Of a stretch of 64,000 bases of DNA, positions 16,688-25,482 are shown one piece after another (position 1 is the stretch's first letter; every line of letters begins with the position of its first letter). Origin of the DNA: Bacilli bacterium (GTDB lineage Bacteria > Bacillota_I > Bacilli_A > RFN20 > CAG-826). The notes under the pieces are model-generated. The model was given only the letters and a program-made list of their open reading frames with translations. It had not been told where the DNA came from and searched no databases. Location: NCBI GenBank assembly GCA_024409055.1, contig JAKSUL010000005.1, positions 6,636 through 70,635 on the forward strand, written 5' to 3'. A program made the translations under genes and the position numbers.

Positions 16688-18508
16688 TTAGTCGACGTAA
16701 TTAATCTTCACGCCTGAAGCGGAAGTATGCGGAGCGGTGTCTTTCTCCTCGTAGTATAGCGAAGCGACCTCTTTGGCGTTGATGACAACGTTATTGGAAG
16801 AAGCGACGTTAAATCCGTTATTGCCAAAAACATTGGCGATGCGAAGGCCGGCGGCGTTGATTGTGATGTTTGTTAAGGTCGACTTAGCGACGGTTCTAGA
16901 AGCAACAATGCCGATATCGGTGCTTTGATAATTCATTGTTGCGCCCATATTTATCGTAACGTCCTTAATGGTTCCGCCTAATACGTGAACCGCGATTATG
17001 GAACAATACGAATTATCGAAGACAACGGCATTGTCAAAAGTGATGTTTTTTACAACGCCACCAACTCCAACAGATCCAAGCAAGCAGTTTTGAGAGCCCT
17101 TGAAGGAAATGTTTTTAATTGAGTGCCCCATACCGTCCAACATTCCGATAAAGCCATATTTGTCGTTATAAGAATTGTTGCCAGGCTGAGAGAAAGTGTG
17201 AGCCGAGCAGTCGATGTCGTTGGCCAAGACATAATAGCCGGCAATATTGACGGATTTGGTGATATCAGCCCACCCCGGCTCGCGGCGATAACGAATCGTT
17301 TCCAAATCATCCGCGTTCCTCAAGAGGAGAGAATATGGGTTAACCGTCGTGTCGTAACGACAAGTCGAGGTATAAATCGATAACGGGCTTTCAGACTTAG
17401 CCTCGCTAGCCTTCAAAAGGGCTTTTGAACCAGTCAAAGAAATATATTTGCTACCACGATCATATGAGGCGGCCACATTTTGGCCATCCCACAAAATCGA
17501 TTCAACGTCCCCACTTAAAGTGGCCGGGACATAAATATTGTTATAGCTACGGTCGAGTTCCATATCGAAGGTTCCGCTTAATTCTCTGACCGATAATCCG
17601 ACGTGAACATTAACTGTAGCGGTCGTCAAAACCCCGGCGTTGACGCTGGAAAGCTTAATTCCGCAATTACCAGTTTTTTGGGCCGTGATAAGACCTTCGC
17701 TAGTGACACTAGCCACGCTCGGATCCAAAGACTCGTAAGAAATCGTGGCCCCTTCGATCTTCGTGCCGTTTTTGTAAACTCCGGCATGCATTTGAACGGT
17801 TGAGTTTTGATCTTCCGCATCGAGGGTATCCATATCGATGTTGAATCCTTCTTCGACAAGGAAGACAGCGCCCTTAGCAACGATTTTCACATTGATCTCT
17901 TTGGCGACTTGCTTCCCATAAATCGAAGCTTTGACGTTGATCGCGGCTTCTCCGATATTTAAAGCGGAAATGGTGATGTTTTTATTTACGCTAACGTTAA
18001 CTCCGGCGGTAGTCGGATCGCTGGAAGTCGCGGAAATCTCGGCTTCGCGAGTAACGTCTTCGCCTTTATATAAAAGCTTTGGCTCGATGAGGAAAGATTC
18101 GTCATGGAGAATGGAGACTTCGCTTTCTCCAACTTCCAAAACCGGCATATTTCCCTTGTCGGAAACCGATGTCTTCAAAGTCCTTTTTTCGCCGCCAACA
18201 TTGACGACGATGTTACATTCCCCATCAGTTCCGTAGGAAGAAACCAAACCGGTTTCGTTAACATCGGCAATACTCGGATTGCTCGAAGTGAAGGTCACGG
18301 TCCCTTCGTAATTGGTTTTAACAACCAATTGGAAAGAATCGTATGTGTCCAAAACGATGTTATCGGCGTTGATGCTGACATCCCACATCGCAGAAGATAC
18401 CGAGGAGGTCGGGGCGTTATTACCGCAAGCAGTAAGCGAGGTAAGGGCTCCGCCTACTAAGAAAGTCGAAGCTAATGCTAGAAGCAATCTGTTCTTTTTG
18501 TTCTTCAT
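16688..18508 (-). CDS. Surface lipoprotein: three Big_2-type Ig-like domains plus a beta-helix-like tail
   Basis: Lipobox LTACGN; AGGAGG RBS. Big_2-like blocks VTFTSSNPSIADVNETGLV and ISYESLDPSVASVTSEGLITAQKTG. Tail GFIGMLDGMGHSIKNISFKG..LLGSVGVGGVVKNITF. Confidence 0.85.
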   Translation of the reverse strand: MKNKKNRLLLALASTFLVGGALTSLTACGNNAPTSSVSSAMWDVSINADNIVLDTYDSFQLVVKTNYEGTVTFTSSNPSIADVNETGLVSSYGTDGECNIVVNVGGEKRTLKTSVSDKGNMPVLEVGESEVSILHDESFLIEPKLLYKGEDVTREAEISATSSDPTTAGVNVSVNKNITISALNIGEAAINVKASIYGKQVAKEINVKIVAKGAVFLVEEGFNIDMDTLDAEDQNSTVQMHAGVYKNGTKIEGATISYESLDPSVASVTSEGLITAQKTGNCGIKLSSVNAGVLTTATVNVHVGLSVRELSGTFDMELDRSYNNIYVPATLSGDVESILWDGQNVAASYDRGSKYISLTGSKALLKASEAKSESPLSIYTSTCRYDTTVNPYSLLLRNADDLETIRYRREPGWADITKSVNIAGYYVLANDIDCSAHTFSQPGNNSYNDKYGFIGMLDGMGHSIKNISFKGSQNCLLGSVGVGGVVKNITFDNAVVFDNSYCSIIAVHVLGGTIKDVTINMGATMNYQSTDIGIVASRTVAKSTLTNITINAAGLRIANVFGNNGFNVASSNNVVINAKEVASLYYEEKDTAPHTSASGVKINYVD

Positions 18509-18517
18509 AACTCCTCC

Positions 18518-20470
18518 TTAATCGATTCCCCAAGATTTCCAAAGCGCGGTGATGCTGCCTTGTTCAAGATCTTGAGTGATTCCGAAATATTCGCAGTCTT
18601 TTTTGAACTCAAGACGGATGTTCCTAAGTTCAATATCGTTATATAAACTGCCGTGTAGCTTATAAAGGACATAGCGAGGGAAAAGCGACTCAAGATTGAT
18701 GTGATCGCAAAGAGTCTTGTAAAGGGATGGGTTACTGGCTTTGTATTTAGCGACTGCCTCGTAAGCGTTATCGATGGTTTTGAGCCAATCTTTAAGCAAT
18801 CCGCTTGGCCACCACTCAGTCTTTTCGATTAACTCATAGATTCCGCCGTTAAGCGTGCTCTCGGTCTCCTCGAGGTGAGTTTCCCATTGGGTCATTTGGT
18901 TGAAAAGTTTCATCATAATCGGGCTGGCTTCGCGGAAATAATTCTCAAAGAAGGTGTCACGCACCTCACCATATTTGACGCGAAGATCAAACTGAGCTTT
19001 GGAAGCTAAGTATTCCCTAAATCTAACAAAGGCGGTCGAAGCGGTGTTTTGACGAATGCCTTGGTTGTACATAAACGAAGCATTGGCATTTTTACAGAAT
19101 CTATAATTCTCAATGAGGTTCTCAAAAGAGTTATAGATGTACATATAGTTCTTAAAATTGCACTCATATAACCAAGTGCAGAGATGGTTGCAGATCTTTC
19201 CCCATTTGTTTACGAGGTTAGCGAGTTTAGCGTTATCCGGATGGTTGAATGACTTGGTGAACGCGGCGGCGATTGGGGCGACGATAACACCGACGTTTTC
19301 ATTTCCTTGGGTGTATTTAGACGGTTTTTCGCCTTCCGGAGCGGTCGGGGCGTCGATCGTGGCATTATAGGCGAAGAAATAGATGTGGAATCCAACACTG
19401 CCATCGCGACCAGGAATCTTTCCGGCCTTGATATCAGCCTGCAAACGATCGTCTAAATCGTTGACGAATCCCAAAATAGTCGAGGAGACAGAGCCGTATT
19501 TGGCAAGGAATCTATTGCATTCATCACAAGTACAGCAAGTTGGCGTGTCCTCCTGAGTAAAGGTGATGTTGTTCATGTTCGGATTGTCCGCAACAGCGAT
19601 TTTGAGTTTTTCATAAACCGTGTTGAGCATAGCTTCCCTTTCGGAATTATCGCCATGGGCCGTATAGCAGAGTTGCTGACTGGATCCGGCCGGGCCGCTA
19701 TACCAAAGAGGATGCTCGCCATAATAGGTGTCACTCGGCAAAACCTTCAAGCAGTTATGGACGCCAGCCCCACCGAAAGGAATGAAAAGGCTGCCTGAGG
19801 GGTTAAAGCCGGTTCCATAAATCAAATCAGTATTGGAAAGGCAGTTCGTGAAAAGACGATACTCAAAATCCGGACGCTCCGTGATGTCCATATCGGGAAG
19901 GGTGTCGCCCTTCTTTGTATAGATGACTGTGTCCTCGGAAATCATATCGTATCCGAGAACGGCGCGGAGGAAAGCCAAACCGGCTAAGTGGTAGCCTTCG
20001 GCCTTATTGGCGGCGATGAAGCAGTTGTTCTCTTTTGTTACGACGCGATATCCCGCAGACGCAAGGTTCAAGCCATCGAGTGAGAAGCCGGCTTCGGCAA
20101 ATTTATTCTCGCATCCAACGAGAATGTATTTATCGCCGCTGACTATTGTGCCGATCGACTCAACGGGAACACGTTCCAAATTGACTCCGGTAGCGCTAGA
20201 AATGCAGCCTTGAATATATCCGGCAGCTCTAGCGGCGGCTCCCTCAAGGGTCTCGCCGTAAACGATTTTGTATTCGCTATAGCCATTCTTGACGAAGGCA
20301 CGGACTTTGTTTTCGGTAATCTTTACATCGTGAAGAGTGTCAGAGGAAACCTTTTCGGTCGTAGGATCTTCAATGGCGTTTCCTTTTTTTGTCGGATCGC
20401 TAGAGCAAGCAGCTAAAGCAACAATCGAAGAAGCGGCGAAGATAAGTGATAGTAATTTTGACTTTTTCAT
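18518..20470 (-). CDS. Lipoprotein, DUF4838-like (glycoside-hydrolase-like) domain
   Basis: Lipobox LAACSS; AGGAGGG RBS. RPDFEYR and FTQEDTPTCCTCDECNRFLAKYGS...GFVNDL blocks match my recollection of DUF4838. The family call needs an HMM search. Confidence 0.6.
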   Translation of the reverse strand: MKKSKLLSLIFAASSIVALAACSSDPTKKGNAIEDPTTEKVSSDTLHDVKITENKVRAFVKNGYSEYKIVYGETLEGAAARAAGYIQGCISSATGVNLERVPVESIGTIVSGDKYILVGCENKFAEAGFSLDGLNLASAGYRVVTKENNCFIAANKAEGYHLAGLAFLRAVLGYDMISEDTVIYTKKGDTLPDMDITERPDFEYRLFTNCLSNTDLIYGTGFNPSGSLFIPFGGAGVHNCLKVLPSDTYYGEHPLWYSGPAGSSQQLCYTAHGDNSEREAMLNTVYEKLKIAVADNPNMNNITFTQEDTPTCCTCDECNRFLAKYGSVSSTILGFVNDLDDRLQADIKAGKIPGRDGSVGFHIYFFAYNATIDAPTAPEGEKPSKYTQGNENVGVIVAPIAAAFTKSFNHPDNAKLANLVNKWGKICNHLCTWLYECNFKNYMYIYNSFENLIENYRFCKNANASFMYNQGIRQNTASTAFVRFREYLASKAQFDLRVKYGEVRDTFFENYFREASPIMMKLFNQMTQWETHLEETESTLNGGIYELIEKTEWWPSGLLKDWLKTIDNAYEAVAKYKASNPSLYKTLCDHINLESLFPRYVLYKLHGSLYNDIELRNIRLEFKKDCEYFGITQDLEQGSITALWKSWGID

Positions 20471-20481
20471 AATTGCCCTCC

Positions 20482-23400
20482 TTATTTGCTGACATTGACC
20501 CTATAGACGACCTCTCCGATGTTGGAGGCTTCGTCAATGGCCATGATGTGGAATTCATAGACTCCGGCGTATTTAGCGACGATGGAGTTCTTTTCGTTTT
20601 CAAAATACAAGCGGATACCGTTCGGGTTAATGACGTATGCCCATACCGTCAATTTATCAGATGGGGTTACGTTATCTTTAACTTCGTACTCGGCTAGATA
20701 TAACGTGTCGCCGACCTTGGCGTTTTTCGCCGGTTCGGACTTCAAGGTGATTTCGGGCCTGGTCTCGTCGGAGACATTAACTAAGTAGGAGAAATCGGAA
20801 GCGTTATTCATTGCGTCGGCCGCTTTGTAATCGACAGTGTAATTGCCATATTGTTCTAGAACGAAATCATAAGAAGCAGAAGGCGAGACTTCGTTGAGCG
20901 TAACGCCGTTATTGTCGACAACATAGTTGCCTTTTGGATCCTTTACGGTCACGGTGAAGTACTTATTGTTTGGGAACAAGACGTCGAAGGCCGTGGCGGC
21001 GCAAACGTGATAAACGCTATTGATGGAATAGGATCCGCCATATGCACCCAAAAGGTGGATTTTCGGCCCAGTCGTATCTTTGACGGCGCTTGTGAATGTG
21101 AAGCCGTTTAAGGATTTGATAGTGAAGGATTCGCCGACCTTCATGTCGGTGTCTATGCGTAAATAGACCCTATCGCTATCTTTGAATTCGTTGACTAGAG
21201 CACCGCCGACATTGTTATCGTTGACCGAGAAAACGCCATCGACGAAAGCGAGCTTGAATTCATTGTTGCCATCCATCGTCAAAGCGGTCTTCACGGCGTT
21301 ATCGCCATAAGACAAGATCGCACCGCCATCGACTTTGGTAAGGGTAGCAGTCACGCTATTTTCGAAATCATAGTAATCAAGAAGGGTCATGCTGATGCTT
21401 TCACCTTGTCTCATGCTGAAGTTCTTCAAAACTATCGCAACTTCGGAGGAAGACTGAGGCGTGATGAAGGTAAATCCACTATTGGCACCCGTGATAGCAA
21501 CATCAAGGGAGGTGTTGGTCGTGGTCATAGCCATTCCTTTAGCGTCAAAGAACCTTTCTTCTTTAAGCTGATTGATGATAGTTCCGTACATCGAAACCTC
21601 TTCGTAGACGTTCATAAGATAAGAGGTTTTGGTGGAAAGCGAGTATCCGTCATAGACAAATTCAAAGGTAATGACTTCCTTTACGTCGTTTCCTTTCGGC
21701 GTGAATTTGGCACCGCCTTGGTATGTCGTAGTTCCGGTCGAATCTGTGACGAGGACGTCAGCAACGCCTGTCTTACCGGTGCGATAATCTTTTGCGATCA
21801 AAGTCGGAACTTCGACTTCGAGATCCGAGATGTGATATGCCGGTATAACAGCGTCTTCATAAAGAGAAGGATGCGTGCTCTCGGTGACGTTGACGTTGAA
21901 CTCTTTGGCAGAAGAAGTTCCAACGAAATCGGTGACCGTGTAGATGATTTTCCAAATACCAACGCGTTCAAAGACAAAGGAGTTATTGATGATTTCCTTT
22001 TCGCCTTCAATCTCGGCTTCGACGGTGACGAATGTGTCTCCGCTTCCACCTTGGATATTCGTCGGGGTTGGCAAAACGATCCTCGATCCAACTTCGATCG
22101 TGGAAGGAATGCCATCTACGTCAAAGGTGATTGGATCAACTTTATCTAAGCAAGTGATGTAAAGAGGGCGAATCGTTTCGTTTCCGAACACGTCTTTGGC
22201 GACATATTCGATGACATATGAGCCAGGATATTTGGTTTGGATAACGCCATTAACGATGCTGACGCGAGTCTTATTGGCTGAGTTGTAGTCATACCAAGCT
22301 TTAGCCGTGACTTCGCATTGTCCAGAATATATGTCATATCCATAAGCGGTTGGGATTGGGTAAGAATAACCTGCGACGGCTTTAGGGAGCTTCGTGATGT
22401 CCTGTTCGAATTCGACGAGCGGTCCTTCGGAATCGCGGAAAGTTGATTCCTCGGCCGCCATCAATTCGTTGGCGGTATACCCGTACACTTTGGAAATGGC
22501 GAAATTGGCCGATTCACCAGCGATACCTTCGGCGGTGACGGAAAGACGCACTTTGTTCGATTTGAATCCCGGCCATCCTTTGGCGAAATAAGCCGGATTA
22601 TCAAGGTCGATGACCTGAGTATCGTGGAAGAAAAGAGCTTGGTTAGTTTGGTCGTAGTGAACTTCGAAGGTGCTTTCTGGAGCGTCGGCACCAGTAGGAA
22701 TCACTTCTTGCCTGATGGTTCCTGTGGTCGGATCCAAGAAAGCATGGCCGCGGAAAGCGGCGAAAGAACAACCGGCAGAGGTTCCGAATTCATCGCCTTG
22801 GTGAAGGGATCCCATACCGCTATTGTCGTAGTAGTTCCAGCCAGACAAAGGCTGATCGTTACCGGCTGCTTTAGCCCAAGCGGTTCCGCCTTCTGAATAG
22901 TTTTGGAAGACGAAATCGAAATAAGTATTCGCGTCGCTGGCATCAGTAAAACGGAAATAAATCTTAGTGAAGTCGTTGGTGCCGCGTGAATCAGGGGTCA
23001 AGAAGCCGTCAATTAAGATGTCTTCTTTGGTGAGGCTAGAGATATCGATGAGTTTGGAGAACGTCAAAGTGTCTCCCTTGGCCAAACGGACAAGCATGGC
23101 CTCGGTGTCTCTTCCTTTATATGGCTGATACGTGACTTCCGAATCATCGGACCTCGCATATTTATGAATTCCGTAAGTTACCGTGGTCTTGTCGCTATGC
23201 ATGATAGACGGGTAGTCGACCTTGAACGTTTTTTCTAAGGTCTTGGTAACGCCGGACACCTCAGCAAAATATTGGATTGTGTACTCCCCGATTTCGTTAA
23301 GGGTCACTTCGCTATCAGAGGTCGCGTTTTTGCTAGGATAAACAAAAGAGTGGGTAGCCGTGACAACGTTCGATCCGTTGACGTACATGGCATTAGGAAT

Positions 23401-23565
23401 CGAGAAGTCGGTGTTGTAGCGGTAATAGTCTTCGACTTGAACATCGGTCCATCCGGACGATTGGGCCGCGTTGATGAGACCGTAAGCACTGGTTCCGGCA
23501 TACGCCAAAGCGCCAAGACACGTCAGTGCCAAGGCAATCGTAATAATCTTGTTTGATTTTTTCAT
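20482..23565 (-). CDS. Large (1027 aa) secreted/anchored surface protein with repeated Ig-like (DUF5011/HYR-type) modules and a lectin-like central region
   Basis: N-terminal signal/anchor MKKSNKIITIALALTCLGALAYAG; AAGGGG RBS before ATG 23565 (ORF-track start 23604). Module endings recur: DVFGNETIRPLYITC, AADAMNNASDFSYLVNVSDETRPEI, AIDEASNIGEVVYRVNVSK. Confidence 0.8.
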   Translation of the reverse strand: MKKSNKIITIALALTCLGALAYAGTSAYGLINAAQSSGWTDVQVEDYYRYNTDFSIPNAMYVNGSNVVTATHSFVYPSKNATSDSEVTLNEIGEYTIQYFAEVSGVTKTLEKTFKVDYPSIMHSDKTTVTYGIHKYARSDDSEVTYQPYKGRDTEAMLVRLAKGDTLTFSKLIDISSLTKEDILIDGFLTPDSRGTNDFTKIYFRFTDASDANTYFDFVFQNYSEGGTAWAKAAGNDQPLSGWNYYDNSGMGSLHQGDEFGTSAGCSFAAFRGHAFLDPTTGTIRQEVIPTGADAPESTFEVHYDQTNQALFFHDTQVIDLDNPAYFAKGWPGFKSNKVRLSVTAEGIAGESANFAISKVYGYTANELMAAEESTFRDSEGPLVEFEQDITKLPKAVAGYSYPIPTAYGYDIYSGQCEVTAKAWYDYNSANKTRVSIVNGVIQTKYPGSYVIEYVAKDVFGNETIRPLYITCLDKVDPITFDVDGIPSTIEVGSRIVLPTPTNIQGGSGDTFVTVEAEIEGEKEIINNSFVFERVGIWKIIYTVTDFVGTSSAKEFNVNVTESTHPSLYEDAVIPAYHISDLEVEVPTLIAKDYRTGKTGVADVLVTDSTGTTTYQGGAKFTPKGNDVKEVITFEFVYDGYSLSTKTSYLMNVYEEVSMYGTIINQLKEERFFDAKGMAMTTTNTSLDVAITGANSGFTFITPQSSSEVAIVLKNFSMRQGESISMTLLDYYDFENSVTATLTKVDGGAILSYGDNAVKTALTMDGNNEFKLAFVDGVFSVNDNNVGGALVNEFKDSDRVYLRIDTDMKVGESFTIKSLNGFTFTSAVKDTTGPKIHLLGAYGGSYSINSVYHVCAATAFDVLFPNNKYFTVTVKDPKGNYVVDNNGVTLNEVSPSASYDFVLEQYGNYTVDYKAADAMNNASDFSYLVNVSDETRPEITLKSEPAKNAKVGDTLYLAEYEVKDNVTPSDKLTVWAYVINPNGIRLYFENEKNSIVAKYAGVYEFHIMAIDEASNIGEVVYRVNVSK

Positions 23566-23569
23566 AAAA

Positions 23570-24481
23570 TCACCCCTTAATTCCGCCGATAGTAAGGTTA
23601 CCAAGCAGTTTTTTGTGGAAAGCTAAGAATAGAGCAAGGGCCGGGAGCAAAATGACGATAGTAGCACCGGCTTTTTGTGGGATCTTATCTAGACCAGGCT
23701 GAGATCCGAAGATGACCGCGTTGTACATTTCATACGCGAGCGTGGGATAGTCCTTTAAATAGATAAGAGGGGTCTGGTAGTCGTTCCAGAACACGATGAA
23801 CTCAATGATGAAAACGGTGAGGAAGACGTTCCTTGCGAGCGGAAGTCCGATGCGAAGAAGAATCTGAGTATTGGAAGCACCGTCGATTTTCGCGGCTTCT
23901 GAGAAGGAATCGGGCATCGATCTGAAGTGCTCATAGAAAACCAAGAAGTACATTCCCAAGAAGGAGAACTTCAAAACCCAAATGAAGAACAGGTTGTTAT
24001 ATAGTCCAAAGAAGTTGACGACCTTGAACTCAGAAGGCTGGTTTCCGACAACCGGGATGGCCATTACGATGATTACGAGGGTGTAAATAATCGCTGAGCT
24101 CTTGAAACGATACCTAGCGCAAGCGTAAGCGACTAAGCAAGGAACAAGGGTTTTAACGACGCCGCTAGTAAGTGAATACCACAAAGAGATTCCGAATAGT
24201 TCAACGAACGAATATTTATGAATCTTTCCGTTCCAACGGCCAAGAATCGAAAGCTTATCAGCCGAGAAAAGGTCGCCGATGTTGAAGTGGAATTCTTCCG
24301 GCCAAGAGAAGGCTTTGGCGAAGGTGAATATTCCTGGATCTTGGAAAGAAGTGAACAAAGAGAAAAGCAATAGCCCAACCAGCGAAACGCTATAGATCGC
24401 AAGGACAACAAGCAAAACTATGGCAAAAATCGATAGGCGTTCTTTTGGTAAGTGATTTGACCTTTTAAGTGCAGTTTTCAT
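23570..24481 (-). CDS. Carbohydrate ABC transporter permease (CUT1, second membrane subunit)
   Basis: EAA loop EAAKIDGASNTQILLRIGLPLA and six hydrophobic helices. GAGGA lies 6 nt before ATG 24481; the ORF-track TTG start at 24487 overlaps the upstream stop. Confidence 0.9.
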   Translation of the reverse strand: MKTALKRSNHLPKERLSIFAIVLLVVLAIYSVSLVGLLLFSLFTSFQDPGIFTFAKAFSWPEEFHFNIGDLFSADKLSILGRWNGKIHKYSFVELFGISLWYSLTSGVVKTLVPCLVAYACARYRFKSSAIIYTLVIIVMAIPVVGNQPSEFKVVNFFGLYNNLFFIWVLKFSFLGMYFLVFYEHFRSMPDSFSEAAKIDGASNTQILLRIGLPLARNVFLTVFIIEFIVFWNDYQTPLIYLKDYPTLAYEMYNAVIFGSQPGLDKIPQKAGATIVILLPALALFLAFHKKLLGNLTIGGIKG

Positions 24482-24483
24482 GA

Positions 24484-25464
24484 TCAATCCTCACTCGGAC
24501 CATATTTGGTCAATAAATGGCGAATCACCAAAGTAAGCGGAACAGCAATCATGGTCAATACCAAGCCAATCGCCGATAGCGGGAACAAAGCCGCAGACGG
24601 TGTCATTTGATTGGCTTTGTCATAGACGTTAGAGAAGAACCAGTAGCCAAACGTAGAAAGGCTCGTCGAGTCTATTGCCCTAGAGCCAAAGAAAGAGAAG
24701 ACGTTATATTGGCATACAAACAGACCGGCGATACCAGTGATCAAGAACACGGATAAGGTCGAGAAAGTCTGAGGCAAAACAATCGAGGTGAATTCTCTCC
24801 ATTGATTAGCGCCATCTACTTTGGCGGCTTCCAAAACTTCGGTAGAGATAGAAGCCATCTTATTGGAGAAAAGAAGGACCGTGGTTCCGAAGTTAAGCCA
24901 AATATAGAAGAACATGACGGTCATGTATTGAGTTTTTGTGTCGCTTAGGAATCCACCGCCTTCAATAGTGACGTTGAACGTATTCTGCATAAAGGCCGCG
25001 AAAGAGGAATCGAACCAAATGAAGATACCGCACAAAACGACGGTTGAAATGATGGAAGGCAAGAAGAGCATGACCCTAAAGAACGAGGATCCGAAGAACT
25101 TCTTGAATATGTAATAGGAGAATAAAAGGGCAAGCGGGATGGATATCGCGTTGCAGATGAACCAGGATTTAACGGAGTTCCACATCAAGGTCCAGAAAGG
25201 AAGCGTAATAATATCGCTAGGATTTCCAGTCCAGTTTGGAGACTCTCCGCCGATCCAGCGGAAAACGTTAACAAAGTTATCGAAAGTGAATATCTCCGAC
25301 CTCACCCCACCTTCAATCGTGACTTTCTCAAAAGCCAAAACGAAGGAGTTGAAGTTAACGACCACGTAAAAGATGGCGAACTGAAGAAGAGGTAAAGCAA
25401 GGAGGGCGATGTAAAAACCAAGATCCTTGAGACTTTGTTTTTTTCGATTCGTCATTTTTGCCAT
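24484..25464 (-). CDS. Carbohydrate ABC transporter permease (CUT1, first membrane subunit)
   Basis: EAA loop EAAKVDGANQWREFTSIVLPQ; polytopic. Confidence 0.9.
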   Translation of the reverse strand: MAKMTNRKKQSLKDLGFYIALLALPLLQFAIFYVVVNFNSFVLAFEKVTIEGGVRSEIFTFDNFVNVFRWIGGESPNWTGNPSDIITLPFWTLMWNSVKSWFICNAISIPLALLFSYYIFKKFFGSSFFRVMLFLPSIISTVVLCGIFIWFDSSFAAFMQNTFNVTIEGGGFLSDTKTQYMTVMFFYIWLNFGTTVLLFSNKMASISTEVLEAAKVDGANQWREFTSIVLPQTFSTLSVFLITGIAGLFVCQYNVFSFFGSRAIDSTSLSTFGYWFFSNVYDKANQMTPSAALFPLSAIGLVLTMIAVPLTLVIRHLLTKYGPSED

Positions 25465-25482
25465 AAAACTTTTTCGCAGATA

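Noticed and set aside
21406-22149. 247-aa plus-strand ORF inside the 1027-aa surface-protein gene.
   Set aside because: It is antisense to a gene with an RBS, a signal peptide and repeated domain structure. Its translation is R/G/D-rich with no motif, so it is a shadow ORF.
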